A stretch of DNA of 64,000 nt from Octopus vulgaris (GCA_951406725.2 OX597816.1:170748001-170812000), one strand, 5' to 3'. Counted from the stretch's first letter, positions 12,901 to 26,453 are shown. The notes: generated by a model not told the origin, from the sequence alone. Program-made: numbers and translations.

Positions 12901-13619
12901 ATATGTGTGTGTGTGCCTGGATGGATAGGTGGATGGATGATATACAAGATAGTAGAATAAGAGAGAGAAAACCATGTACAGTCAGAGAATTGTGAATGAC
13001 AGATACAAAGAGAAACAAGGAGTCATGTATTTCAAGGGTCTAACGTAAAAAAACGAAAACCAAGGAAGAAGAATTCTGTCCATTAACTTGTCAATAACAT
13101 CCTTTGTCAAATTTCATTTGTTCTCTGTGACGTTCATATAATAAAGATTATGTATGGTTGACAGCCCTCGCGTGATTAAGAAATATCTAAACGTTTGGGA
13201 ATATAATATTTTTTCCGTAAAAAATATCGCTGACAACTTTCAGATCAATATCATTAAACTATCAAATAGTTAATAAAATATTTTAAACTCAGTCGGCAAT
13301 ATCCTTCATAAAATATCATCCAAAATGAAAATAGTTACAACAAATGTCTATACTCTTCACATTTTTTTCTTTTTACTTTTCTTTGGTGTTGTTTTCACAT
13401 TTTAGGGGTTTTTTTCAAGATTTTAACTGTAAATTCGCTAAATGATTTTCTTTTGCTAGTGTAAATAGAAAAACAAAAATTTTCTTCAGAAATGCAAAAT
13501 TGATAATCTTACTTCAAGTTATGTTACTAAATTATACATCTTTAAAGCAATAATGGGGATTAGAGACGCTGTGGTGATATTAGAGATAAAGAATACCAAC
13601 AAACATACAAAACGACAGA

Positions 13620-13625
13620 AAGGAA

Positions 13626-13677
<52 letters not shown>

Positions 13678-13710
13678 ACGAGAAAGAAAGAAATAAGGAA
13701 GGAAAGAAAG
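13620..13710. repeat. (GAAA)n tract
   Basis: Direct reading. Confidence 0.9.
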
Positions 13711-13970
13711 TGAAATAGTTGAGATGGAAGTCAGCAGCTGTTTACAGTAAATGAGAAGTAGAATGAACTTCTTGGAACTACCTAACAGCACAGGCATTTG
13801 CTTATCCTGTAGAGAATTATGAAGTCATTCCATTATATGCAAAACTTCAGTATATTATTCAACAATGGTTTTATACCTTTTCTTTACTGGACTATTATTC
13901 ACTACATACATACATGCATACATTCATACATACATACATGCATACATGCATACATTCATACATACATACA

Positions 13971-14115
13971 TTCCCTCTGCTCTCTCACTCCCCTTCTCTC
14001 TCCCCCTCCCCCTCTTTCCTCCTTCCTCCCTCTCCTCCTCCCCTTCCATCTCCCCCTCCTCTCTCTCCCCCTCCTCTCCTCCCCCTCCCCTTCTCCCCCT
14101 CCCCCTCTTCTCCTC
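13971..14115. repeat. Polypyrimidine C/T low-complexity tract
   Basis: About 145 nt almost entirely C/T. Confidence 0.9.
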
Positions 14116-14550
14116 ACTACACCACACGACTTTACACATCACATCATATATGATGTGCCATACTAATACATACACCAACTAATAATACTAATACGTACTA
14201 ATACATACTAATACATACTAATACATACACCAACCCTATACATACACACGTCCAGACCCCTCATACGCACTTATACTCTCTCATACACACACACACACAC
14301 TTATACATACTAATACGTACTAATACATACTAATACATACTAATACATACACCAACCCCATACATACGCCTGTCCAGACCTATCCTAGGGTCATTCAACC
14401 CTATTATCAACCCTATTATCTCCCCTTATTTCGCTCTCGCGTCTCATGTTTGATCTTTGACCTCTGGCCGAAATCAGATCGCCATGTTGATTCGTTAGTT
14501 ACTGCACGCATTTTTTTCTCTCCTTTCTGTGTTTTTTTTCTCTCTGTGTA

Positions 14551-14588
14551 TCTTTATGTTGAAGAGCGTAGGCTCGAAACGTTAAAGA
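14551..14588 (+). ncRNA. Degenerate hammerhead-like motif related to family 3
   Basis: TCTTT ATGTTGA A GAGC-GTAG-GCTC GAAA CG TT AAAGA: stems I-III match 1574-1608 architecture but core is ATGTTGA not CTGANGA; downstream TTCCTGAGCGCC resembles TTCCTGGGCGTCC after the 1574 motif. Confidence 0.5.
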
Positions 14589-14687
14589 CTTATTTTATTT
14601 ATATTTCCTGAGCGCCATACCAATACAATTGTTTGTTTGTTTTCCACCTGCCTTCGTCTTTTGTCTATTTTCATAAAGCTTCCCGTT

Positions 14688-15472
14688 ATATACATACATA
14701 CATACATACATAAATACATACATACATACATACATAAATACATACATGCATACGTTCATACATACATACATACATACGTACATACATACATACATACATG
14801 CATACATACATACACACATTCACACATTCATACATACATACACACATACATACATACATACATACATGCATACATTCATACATACATACATGCATACATT
14901 CATACATACATATATACATACATACATACAAATACATACATGCATACATTCATACATACATACATACATACATACATACATACATACATACATACATACA
15001 TACATACATACATACATTCATACATACATACATACATACATACATGCATACATACATACACACATTCACACATTCATACATACATACATACACACATACA
15101 TACATACATGCATACATTCATACATACATACATACATACATGCATGCATGCATTCATACATACATACATACATACATACATAATGCATACATACATACAT
15201 AAATAGATGCATGCATGCATACATACATACATACATACATACATACATACATACATACATACATACATACATACATACATACATTCATGCATTCATGCAT
15301 GCATGCATGCATGCATGCATGCATACATACATACATACATACATACATACATACAGACATACATACATACATACATACATACATACATACATTCATTCAT
15401 ACATACATACATACATACATACATACATACATACATACATACATACATACATACATACATACATACGTACAT
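14688..15472. repeat. ~780-bp (TACA)n/(TGCA)n satellite
   Basis: Direct reading. Confidence 0.97.
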
Positions 15473-15848
15473 ATGAGCTGGGTTCGTAATTTCGGCGTAA
15501 ATAAAACACAAATATGCCCAGGAAATATGAGTGCTATATACACTCGATATACAGTCTCAATTTCCTTTTGCCTTCATCAACACCCACCTGTATTGTCCAT
15601 CTCCCTCTCACACCTGTTTCTTCTCTCCTTGCCAAAATAGCATTTTTCAAGACAATGTTAACCATTATTCCACTAGAAATAAAAAATCTAATTTTCTCCA
15701 AATCCCAAATCCTACACTTTTAAAGCCAATAATACAACTGGATCTGAAAAATCGGGGGACATTGCTGTGTCTTTAGGTCGTAGATCTGAATGGTCCGTCA
15801 TTTATGACAATAACGCTATAATATTGTACTAACAGGGACCAACTCTCT

Positions 15849-15849
15849 T

Positions 15850-15926
<77 letters not shown>

Positions 15927-15932
15927 CTATCT
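15849..15932. repeat. (TCTA)n microsatellite
   Basis: Direct reading. Confidence 0.95.
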
Positions 15933-16079
15933 CATCTCTCCTTTTTTCTGAAAGAAAACAGGCTATTCATCGTTTAGCTCTATCGCATAATAAATGAATT
16001 TCTCATTCTTTATTTGTTTTCTTGTAACTATATACAAATCACCACATCGCTTCAGAAACTTGTAGCAGTTACCTCAAAT

Positions 16080-16945
16080 TACGAGGGGGTACCCAAACGA
16101 AACCGGAATTTTGTAATATTATTTTATTCACTTAGTTTTACATATTTACATTTTCATAGCCTTCAAATTATTCTCCATTTGAATCAATGCATCGGTCCAG
16201 GCGCATTTCCCATTATTCGAAGCAGTGCTGGAACTCTTGCGAAGTGATGCCTTCTAACGCCTCCGTCGTTTTTTTCTTCACATCTTCCCCATCAGCAAAC
16301 TCCATTGCACCAGCTTTCGTCTTTCTTCACTAGTGATGACCTTCGAAAAAAGGTCTGGATCAACTTCCAACTGGTCTTTCAGTTCACGACATGCATTCAA
16401 ATTTTGCTGCAACTCTTTTCATTCGCAATCCCTCGCTAAAAATTCGTTGGCAGGAGTTCCAGGACATATTTGTCATATCAATAAATTCGTCAATTATTAT
16501 TCGAGGACGGTATTCCAAAAACGTATTTTCATGTTTTCATTTGTTCGGGAGGTCGCTAGTCATCGTAAACGAGGTTGCTCTCCAAGCGACGAGTGACCAT
16601 TCCTAAAGCCTGAAAACCACTCGTAAATTTGCGTTTTGCTCATGGCAGCGTCCTTGCAACCTGTTTGAAGAATGTCAATTGTTTCGTCCACCTTTTTTCC
16701 CAGTAGAGAAACGAATTTAATCAAAGCACGCTGTTCCTTCGTTGCAGCCATCGCATAAGTCGACGAACTGGGGAGAAGTACTGCAAAACAAAGACGCTCC
16801 ACGAGGCAGTACATCATCCGATATCGCCAGCCGGCAGACTGATATCTGAAGGCTACATCAACTGGCCTCTAGGAACCAAAGCCTGAACTACAACGGGTTT
16901 GTCCCACAGAGAATGTTTTCGGTTACTTTTGAGCACCCCCTCGTA
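16080..16945 (-). mobile_element. Internally deleted mariner element with TIRs and TA TSD
   Basis: TIRs TA-CGAGGGGGTACCCAAA.. / ..TTTGAGCACCCCCTCG-TA; minus ORF 16560-16817 has EQRALIKF..MSKTQIYEWFSGFRNG..EQPR, a mariner transposase N-terminal HTH. Confidence 0.82.
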
Positions 16946-16988
16946 CGATGCCGAATTACAGTTACAAAGACCGAAATCATGGCGATAA

Positions 16989-17368
16989 TCTTTATATATA
17001 AAAGTGAGGTTGTGTGCTGTCTGTCTCCTACGATTTAGATTCCTAACTACTCCCACATTTTGTGGTGCAGTTTAACCAAAACCGGGTATCTTATAGTTGT
17101 GATTCATATTGAGCCCTTCTGGGTATTAGCGCGCGTCTACAATGAGTCTACGATTTTTTTTTTAAATTACCATCATTTTTTCCCATTTTTAATGCATTTT
17201 TGGCATATATAAGGGAAGTAACTCTCTAAAAATTTATTATTAAATCTCAGAACGTAAAAGCTACAGTAACACCCCCCCCCCTTTGTGGCTATTATACTTT
17301 ACATCTCTAAAAATGCTTATATAGTTATTTCCCTTACAAACCCGAGCAACGCCGGGCGATACTGCTAG
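16989..17368 (+). mobile_element. Non-autonomous Helitron
   Basis: A|TC 5' end (TCTTTATATATAAAAG), 3' hairpin CCCG-AGCAACGC-CGGG, CTAG|T end, no TSD; same family as 27053-28358. Confidence 0.82.
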
Positions 17369-20274
17369 TAAGTTATATGATAGCTTGCGTCACATTCAAG
17401 AGCAATTCCACCGTTAAAGTTATATACGTTTTTGTGCAGTGTTTTTGTCACCCTTTTATACTGAAACGATCTCCGTCTTGATACAAAGTCTACACTTATG
17501 AGAGAATATAGACAACCAGTGTTACAGCCTATACTCGAACGATATGAATTAAATGAGCTTCAGCAAAGATTATATTCATTAATAAGTCAATATTGCTTCC
17601 TATCTATGATTACAAAATGTCCTGCTAATTATCATATGATTCAGGAAATACAGTTCAAATGTTGGGAAGTAGTTACTTAAAAGCTGAATAAATCATAGGA
17701 AAACAAGAAAAATACAAAACATGTAGCATATACAACATGAGATTTTTTCTCAAACATATTTTATGCATTTTTTTAAAAGGTATTTTGGAAAATAAAGTTA
17801 TGTATATTTGTGAGTATGCATGTGTCTGTGTACATAAAATGTATTAAAATATTTTCAAATAGTTCAAATATCCCGCTCCCGAAAGAGTGTATGGACAGAT
17901 TATGTAGTAAATTGTCATTTAATTTATAAATATACTCACTGTTTCCGTGTGAATTGGATGCACAGCAAAAAGGGAAGAAGCAAGCAAAATTCCTTCTTTA
18001 TGCTTCTCCGTCTTTCCCCAAATTGTGGCTGTTACGCCTAGGCACATTAAGGAGTTTAGAACGTGGAGTCCAATATTAAATTTATGAAAGCTTTTGGGAT
18101 TTAGAGACCCAAATAAATGATGTTGTAGCCTGGAATTGAAAGAGTTTGTTTTGAATAGTAACTTGCTAATACTCGATATAAAAGCAACTTACAAAACACT
18201 ATGTCACAACCGCTTACGTGATGACTTTCGACTTGCATTGAAAGCAATTATTGACAACCTGGTATAAATGATTCACTCAAATTATTATTTTCTTACAGAG
18301 ACACGCCTATAAATTTATAATTGCAGATAAGATTAGTCATATCTGTCCTTGTATTAGCAATAATTCGGAAATTGTTTGGCTTCAAAGTGGAATAAACCAT
18401 CTCGCTTTCACGATTACTGTAGAGCGCTCTTTCTTAATACTCAATGACTTGTCCATGTTAAACAACGCTTTTGATTCATTGCCAATAGTTGTGAGATAAA
18501 TGCATTAATTTATATTCTGTTTGTCTCAAATCATTTTATGCAGACATAGCTCATAGCTTTTCATCCTTTATTACATGATAGTAATTAGGTGTTACAAGAG
18601 AAATGTGTTTGATTGCATGTATCCTATTGATTTGAATAAATCATATTTGTTATTTTGACTCTGCTAACAGGGCTCTTATCATTGAACGTTATCTAACAAT
18701 CCATGACTGAATATTTCATTTGGCTATCTGATTGATCTACCATTTATATAACGTTAGAATACTTACTATCAAGAAACCAGAATTAGGCACACTTTAGTAT
18801 TATAAAAGCAGCATGGTTCTCTCACAAATAACTGGTGAATCGTTAGTGTATATTGTTTTTATTGTAGTCTGGAATGAACACCAAGTTTATTAGGCTGTCC
18901 ACTATCTGATATTATAAAGGCTGAATACAATTGACAAATAGGTATTTATTTCGGGTCAGTTTCGTATATAAAAACACATAATCTTTATTTGCATACAATT
19001 TACTTTGTAGTTAAGTACATGGAAGTTCGTAAAAAATAAAACTCTGGGGGGAATATTTAATGCAAATTTAAACACGTTTTCTATGTGATGGATTTTCTAT
19101 ATTAACATCGAAAGAACGGGATCAGTTTCTTGAGAATTGAAACATTGATTCTTCTAATCCTCGCCCATTGAATTATGTATGAAGTTCCTCGTGGACTAAT
19201 TTATTAGGTATCACATTAAAAAACATTTCGTGAAGTTAATACGGAGGCTGTTTCGGAAATAAATGACCGACGAACAAATTTAGCTACTCAATTCACTATT
19301 GGATTATGTAATGTGATAAATTTGTTGTCTCAAAACGTCAACACTGAATGATTAATTTCTGTAATTTATACGAATTTATATAATCTAACCGGGTGGGAAA
19401 CGCGTGTTTACAGAGCAGGAGCTGGATACAATCTAATTACGTCGAAATTGCGATACTTTACTTGCCAGATACATATGATTAAAGTGTAATCTAAATCAAA
19501 CTTTCATTATGGATTATATAAATCAAATTTGCTTACGTGCATAGGTGTGGGTGACAGCGTGTATCCATGTATATATGTGTGAATATACGTATAATTTATG
19601 GATATATACATGAGTGTGTGCGTGCGTATGTGTGTGTATGTGTGATGAATGATGAGATCTTGCCTCACTTATTGGCTGTGAAGGTGAAGATGAAATCTGT
19701 TTCTTTTAAATTGTTCCCAAGTAGCTAGATTTGCGGATGATTGAGAGTATAGACTAGATTATCTTCAAATTTTCCTACGGCTAATATTTACCATTAGTGG
19801 TATTTGAACAAATGCGGCATACATGAGTAGATTACATATGTGTGCGTGTCTGTGAGCTTTTCTGTGTATACATGTACAGAAAAGTGTAGTGATTGGAAGA
19901 AATGAATAGGAATATATTAAGGGTATTTCAAAATAACTTTAATAAGATTTATAGTATTCCTTTGGGATATGACAAGATTGGTTGCATGTAAGGAAGTGGT
20001 GCTATTGGTTAAGTAATGAAGCGGTTAGATTTACACATAATCTTCAATTATTTCCGATGACTATATAATTCAAGATCAATGCCATATATTGTATATAAGT
20101 TTAATGTGCCTCAGTGGATCTGTATGTATATCATTATGTTTATCTTTTTATGCGTGTCTGTAAATGCGAATCCCAAACTCATAAGTAAATATAATCCGTC
20201 ACAATACAGAAGTATATCTATTATATTTATTTCATATTTTGTGTTGATTTCTACATCAGATAGTGTTTAGATAA

Positions 20275-20566
20275 GGCACATGGCTCAGTGGTTAGAGTGT
20301 CGAGCTCACAGTCATGCGGTAGTGTGCTCAATTTCCAGACCAGTCTATGTACTGTGTTCTTGAGCAAGGTATTTTATTTTCACGTTGCTCCAGCTGTAGA
20401 AATGGGTTGCTGTATCGGCCTTTGCCTTTCTCTTGGATAAGATCGGTGCGTGGAGAGGGGAAGCCGGTATTCATGGGCGACTGTTGGTCTTCCATAAACA
20501 ACTTTGCCCGGACTTGTGCCTGGGAAGGTAACTTTCTAGTTCATTCATGACCGAAGGGGGTTCTTT
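20275..20566 (+). mobile_element. tRNA-headed SINE with CORE-like block (older family)
   Basis: TGGCTCAGTGGTTAG A-box; TGTGTTCTTGAGCAAG CORE-like motif. Confidence 0.6.
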
Positions 20567-21222
20567 ATATATAGAGAGAGAGGGGGTAGACAGAGAGAGT
20601 AAAAGGGATTGAGGGAGACAGATAGAGGGAGACACGGAGAGAAAAAGGAAAGAGGGAGACAGAGGGGAAACAGAGAAAGAAAAGGGACAGAGAGAGAGAG
20701 AGAGAGTAAACGTAGATGAATTAGGTGATTTAAGAGTTTACCCCAGGAAACACTTGCATGATCGGTGGCTACCTGAAATTGTATTCAGGATATAATTTCT
20801 AGCGTGGAAACTTAGGCTTCAAGCAAACAGAAAATGCATAAGATTTTCTTCCGTCGCGGAGTATAAACAGTAAAGAGTGGAGTTATGGTTTATAATTGTT
20901 TCGACAACTCGCAGTTGACCAATCGCACATCATGTTTATAGATATTTATGATTACGAAGAATTGTTCATGCCTATTATGTAACGTACATTACACAATAGT
21001 TGTAATTTAATCATAACCGTTGGATGAATATTGCACCTATCGGTTATAAATTAAATGACTACTGATATTATTATGTAAACTGAAGTACGTAATGTGCAAG
21101 CCTAAATAGTTGTTACTATCAATGTGTCTATAAACACGATGATTGACAAGTCGCATGCAAGTTGTTGAAGCAACTAAAAACCATAGAATAAACGTAATAT
21201 CCACAACTACATTCGTCACCTA

Positions 21223-21287
<65 letters not shown>

Positions 21288-21387
21288 GGAGTAAACACAT
21301 AAATGTGATACAAGGTGGAAAAAAGAGTACTCAAATACCAGTGGTAGAGTAATATGCTTTATTTAAGCAGCAGAAAATTCAACAAAA

Positions 21388-21424
21388 TGTTACTCTGAGT
21401 TTCTCGTTGCCGTTCATCAGACAG
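21388..21424 (-). ncRNA. Minimal type I hammerhead motif (family 5)
   Basis: Minus strand: CTGT CTGATGA A CG-GCAA-CG A GAAA CTC-A-GAG TA ACA; canonical core, very short stem II, GUA site. Confidence 0.62.
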
Positions 21425-21439
21425 TTTTTGCTAGAAAAA

Positions 21440-21477
21440 CTGTCTGATGAACGGCAACGAGAAACTCAGAGTAACAG
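21440..21477 (+). ncRNA. Minimal type I hammerhead motif (family 5)
   Basis: CTGT CTGATGA(21444-21450) A CG-GCAA-CG A GAAA CTC-A-GAG TA ACAG; stem I CTGT/ACAG. Confidence 0.66.
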
Positions 21478-21510
21478 ATTTTGTTGAATTTTCTGCTGCT
21501 TTAAATAAAG

Positions 21511-21541
<31 letters not shown>

Positions 21542-21674
21542 AAAGAGAGACTACAAACAGGCAGACAGACTGACAGATAGCTTGTGTATGTATGAGTGAA
21601 TCTATGTGAGTATACCTCAGAATATAATTTTAACGAATCTTATACAATGTCTACGGTAATTTCGAAGGGGAGGT

Positions 21675-21831
21675 TAAGTCGATAAAATCAACTCCAGTGC
21701 TAAGCTGGAACTTATTTAATCTACAGTAGAAGGATGAAAAGAGAAGTCGACCACGGCGGAATTTGAACGTAAAGACAGACGAAATGCCAAGTATTTTCCC
21801 GGCGCTAACGATTCTGCCAGCTCACAGCCTT
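21675..21831 (-). mobile_element. Diverged SINE family C
   Basis: Reverse complement of GAGCTGGCAGAATCGTTAGCGCCGGG..TTCAAATTCCGCCG.GGTCGACTT..TTTCATCCTT. Confidence 0.65.
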
Positions 21832-23071
21832 TAAGAAAATATCAATGTCGCAGAACAAGTGTTATGCGATTATATAACAAATTGGTCTTTTTATTTGGAA
21901 TTTGATAACTATAATTAATACTTGATTTATACATATAATGTCGAAAGTTATAACATTTAGATGAAAGCGAGGAAATTACTAAGAAACGGAGGAGATTTGG
22001 GTCAAAAGAAATTAACTAAAGGAATTTCCTGAAATAAATTAAAATTGTGGAAGCATTAAAGTTATCTGATCTGAATGTTCCATGTTAGGAATAAATATAT
22101 ATTTGAATTAAGCCATCAAAAATAGTATTACTAAAGCTAGAAATTATAGGATATTAAAAATTATAGGATAGTAAAGTTATAAAATTATTTTAAACATTTA
22201 TACAGAATTTATACAACCTGGTAACTATTGCAAAATTCAAAAATGTCTCAATAACTTTTTCTGATCTCGATTCAGTAGAGTGTAATATATCTTTGAGTAG
22301 AGATAACCAACTGTTTCGAAGCTGTACAGATCAGATTTGATTTACTGCATATCGCATTAAATTTATGGTGTTAATATAGTGTGTGTATAAGAGACGACAG
22401 GCAGAATCTTAAGAGCACTCTGTCTTCCTATGTCGATGAAATACTGGTGAAGTATTAGAATTGTTTTAGTTGACTATACCTTTACCCAATTTTTGTAGTC
22501 TTGTGTTACTTCTAAAAAGGACTACTGTATCTGTAATATATTGCTGAAGACTAGTATGATGAAATCTGTGTACAATGCACATGCATTGTTATCTAAATAT
22601 CAAAATACAAATTCGAAATCTAAAATGCTTGTCGCACACTTCAAAGCTTGTCTTTTAGAACATGTATCTAAAGAAATAATGGAACTGTATCTTGGAAAAT
22701 CAACGTAATTCTGATATGCTGGAATAGCTTATCTCAGCAAACCGATTCAAGAAGGAAACATTATTTTTTCTACCAAACGAAGTTCTAAAATTATAAATAA
22801 TACTTTTTGCAATATTACCACTGATTCAGCATTGCACATCTTACAAGTTTCTGACACGACACATGTCACCCAAATCCTGCCATGACTCTATTCAACAGTA
22901 TGTCTTCCTCTGTATTTATTTATCTATAACTGTATATTTGTATTTCTTTATATCTATGTATCTAGTTACCTTCACATCTATCCACTTATCTATCCATCTA
23001 CCCATCCAAAGATACATATCTATTCAACCATCTTACACACTATTCGCCATTCCACCTACTTTGAACCATGT

Positions 23072-23457
23072 GTGGAGTGGAAGCACTCCGTCGGTTACGA
23101 CGACGAGGGTTCCGGTTGATCCGATCAACGGAACAGCCTGCTAGTGAAATTAACGTGTAAGTGGCTGAGCACTCCACAGACACGTGTACCCTTAACGCAG
23201 TTCTCGGGGATATTCAGCGTGACACAGAGAGTGACAAGGCCGGCCCTTTGAAATACAGGTACAACAGAAACAGGAAGTAAGGGTGAGAGAAAGTTGTGGT
23301 GAAAGAGTACAGCAGGGATCACCACCATCCCTGCCGGAGCTTCATGGAGCTTTAGGTGTTTTCGTTCAATAAACACTCACAACGCCCGGTCTGGGAATCG
23401 AAACCGCGATCCTACGACCACGAGTCCGCTGCCCTAAACACTGGGTCATTGCGCCTC
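23072..23457 (-). mobile_element. Full-length SINE family A, tail type 2, 13-bp TSD
   Basis: TSD CTTTGAACCATGT at 23059-23071 and 23458-23470; near-identical to 26084-26453 and 45916-46308. Confidence 0.9.
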
Positions 23458-23966
23458 CTTTGAACCATGTAGCCTATGCTGATAAAGAGTGGACCTATGC
23501 GGATAAACGCCTAAAGTGAAACCACAAATGGCGGAAAATGAAGCACCGACTGTCACGAAAAATAACAATGACAATCAAGGTACATTAAAAATAAGAAGCA
23601 ATGCACAAAGTACTTTCAAGAAGTATACAACGAAAATGTCATTACTCATAGCAAATATATATTGACCCGCAGAAACGATGCATTGCTCTCTCTGACAAGC
23701 ACCAATGTTTCAAAAGGATTTCATTCTCGTTCGAGACTGGTTTCCTTCTTTAAACGTTATCATTTTTCTACTATAGATTAAACCTATATAGGTTTTGACA
23801 CACGGCTATATTTCAATTTATTATTTTCTTCTTGTAAAAAAGCTATAGATCTTACTGCCATTTAGCTATAAATTGTGTTTGTTCCACAATACAAACTTAA
23901 TGAATAACATATTTAATTTATATGATTTCTCTACTGGTCAGATAGTTTTAAAATATATATTTCAGA

Positions 23967-24358
23967 AAGGCAGCGAGCTGGCAGAATCGTTAGCACTCCG
24001 GGCGAAATGATTAGCGGAATTTCGTCTGCCCTTACGTTCTGAGTTCAAACACCGCCGAGATCGACTTTGCCTTTCATCCTTTCAGGGTCGATTAAATAAG
24101 TACCTCTTACGCACTGGGGTCGATGTAATCGACTTAATCCCTTTGTCTGTCCTTGTTTGTCCTCTCTTTGTTTAGCCCCTTGTGGGTAGTAAAGAAATAG
24201 GTATTTCGTCTGCCGCTACGTCGACTTTGCCTTTCATCCTTTCGGGGTCGATTAAATAAGTACCAGTTACACACTGGGGTCGATGTAATCGACTTAATCC
24301 CTTTGTTTGTCCTTGTTTGTCCTCTCTATGTCTAGTCCCCTGTGGGCAATAAAGAAAT
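23967..24358 (+). mobile_element. SINE family C with tandem second body unit, 16-bp TSD
   Basis: Head plus two body units; TSD AAATATATATTTCAGA at 23951-23966 and 24359-24374. Confidence 0.85.
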
Positions 24359-24672
24359 AAATATATATTTCAGATCACGATATTATTTTTGTCAATTTCT
24401 CAGTAGATTCCTATAGTTCAAATTTATACCTCTTTCTCCATATCATGAATAATCTCTTAGTAATATACTATTTTAAATGGAAAAGATATGTGATTCTTTA
24501 TGCATGGATATATGTACGAGTCTTTGAATTTTATTCGATTCCAAAATTCGTAACCCTGCGAATATGGACGGAAAACAAATGAATAATGCAATGGTATTTA
24601 AATTTCGTCAAAAATATATTTGATAAGGCATCTGCTTTTCATAAACTATATAAAAGATAAGAGATGACTTAC

Positions 24673-24977
24673 CTTAATGCGATAATGGTAATAGGTCGAT
24701 AAGATTTATGACTTTCAGGAGAAGAGATATTCTTGCCCCAAAAATCATGAACGAACAGACTTGTTATCGGTGTTCTTAGATTGTTGACATCCGCGTTTTT
24801 CACTAAGGCCTCGCGATCATCAAATATAAAAGTTCCATTAATGGTGACAATATTAGCCACAAAAGCCAGAGTTGTTACTAGGATTATATATAGTATCCAA
24901 ATGGTCCAAGCTTTTCTTGACAAATTCATCAAATAATCCAGTTTGGAATCTTTCACATCTTTCATCAGATACTTCAT
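24673..24977 (-). CDS. TMTC4: N-terminal coding exon of TMTC-family protein O-mannosyltransferase (TMTC4-like)
   Basis: Peptide has a TM helix then FIFDDREALVKNADV..HDFWG..SS..SHKSYRPIT, the conserved TMTC N-terminal motif (HDFWG and DDxEA favour TMTC4); acceptor ttttctcattacag|G-ATG at 24978 and phase-2 donor AG|GTAAGT at 24673/24672. Paralog assignment is from recall. Confidence 0.88.
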
Positions 24978-25072
24978 CCTGTAATGAGAAAATACAAATT
25001 TTGTATTCGTGAAAAAGAGAATATTTCATTGACGACAACAGTGATTTCTTCCAAAACTTCTAAGGATCCCTT

Positions 25073-25345
25073 GTTAGCTCGCGGGAGATTTGATCGAAAA
25101 TGCGTTTAAAGAAGAATGTGTGAGAACAAAAATTAAACATATTTCTGAAAAATAATATATTGAAGTGGGTAAATATCCAAATTTGTTAAGGAAAAGAATA
25201 AGAATATGAATAAAGATAAAGAGGGGGAAAAGTAGGAGGAAAATTTGGTATTATTGAAGCTGGTTAGGGAAATGTCTTTGTGAATCTAGGTTGATGTCAC
25301 TCATTGCTTTCAACGCATTTTCGATCAAATGCCCTGCGAGATAAC
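25073..25345. repeat. Imperfect ~39-bp inverted repeat pair (25073-25111, 25307-25345)
   Basis: GTTAGCTCGCGGGAGATTTGATCGAAAATGCGTTTAAAG versus reverse complement GTTATCTCGCAGGGCATTTGATCGAAAATGCGTTGAAAG. Confidence 0.75.
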
Positions 25346-25693
25346 GTCTGACCCTTTGATGACAACGTAACTTCATTTGACTAAGGTATCATTGGCCTGA
25401 CGAGTGGCTAGATAACTGGTTAATTACTTCTTATGAGGTCCTGCTAGCTATGAAACTAATGTAGCCTGGATTTTATCTACTCCATACCCTAAATTTGGAT
25501 TTTTATTCGCATACACAACCACTCTTGTTGCCAACTGTGACCTATGAAATAACTTTTTTCAGCTTATTGAATTTCGATATTGGAACAATTTTACGCTAAT
25601 AAACCACTATTGTTCCTGAAGGTTGTTTCTTTATACCTTCTTCTCACTGCTCAAAGCTTACTAATTTCCTACACCTTGAGCCTTGCATCTTAC

Positions 25694-25734
<41 letters not shown>

Positions 25735-26083
25735 ACTTATAAATAAGGGCTAAAGAAAATTATTTGTATGCCAATATGCTGATAACAGACTTTTAAATCA
25801 TCAATTTCCGAACGACTTTTATATAAGCAACGATGGTTGTGTGTGTGTGAGAGAGAAAGAGAAAATAGGAAAACAGAGAGAGTGAGTGGGTGAGAGAGAC
25901 AATGAGTACATACATGCTTAAATTATTCAGAAATGGATCGCGTTGTATTCTGTCGTAGTACCAAATTTTGTTTTTATTCTGATTACATGGAGGACGGATT
26001 GATGCCTTTGCAACATTTACCAACGATTTACAAATGAAGACGTTTTGTATCACCATTTGTTCTCTCGGTATTAGAGGTCAGAT

Positions 26084-26453
26084 CGTGGAGGCGCAATGGC
26101 CCAGTGGTTAGGGCAGCGGACTCGCGGTCGTAGGATCGCGGTTTCGATTCCCAGATCGGGCGTTGTGAGTGTTTATTGAGCGAAAACACCTAAAGCTCCA
26201 CGATGGTGGTGATCCCTGCTGTACTCTTTCACCACAACTTTCTCTCACTCTTACTTCCTGTTTCTGTTGTACCTGTATTTCAAAGAGCCGGCCTTGTCAC
26301 TCTCTGTGTCACGCTGAATATCCCCGAGAACTACGTTAAGGGTACACGTATCTGTGGAGTGCTCAGCCACTTACACGTTAATTTCACGAGCAGGCTGTTC
26401 CGTTGATTCGGATCAACCGGAATCCTCGTCGTCGTAACCGACGGAGTGCTTCC
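26084..26453 (+). mobile_element. SINE family A, tail type 2, 14-bp TSD
   Basis: TSD ATTAGAGGTCAGAT at 26070-26083 and 26454-26467; tRNA-like A and B boxes. Confidence 0.9.

Larger units (their letters stand above)
21286..21510. mobile_element. ~225-bp (TA)n-embedded palindromic module with two back-to-back hammerhead motifs (family 5, copy 2)
   Basis: Palindrome ~21357-21510 centred near 21432; (TA)n on both sides; homologous end-to-end to 10869-11096. Confidence 0.82.

Noticed and set aside
12056-15640. Long ORFs up to 290 aa (HTYI/MYVC repeats), also at 51117-51750, 1452-2003 and 60822-61413
   Set aside because: Translations of stop-free microsatellites, open in many frames on both strands.
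18299-18499. Plus-strand acceptor-like ttttcttacag followed by 66 open codons
   Set aside because: No recognisable protein similarity and no partner exon; compatible with chance.
26086-26160. tRNA-like heads of family A and B SINEs as tRNA genes
   Set aside because: No complete cloverleaf, and they continue into SINE bodies, several with TSDs.
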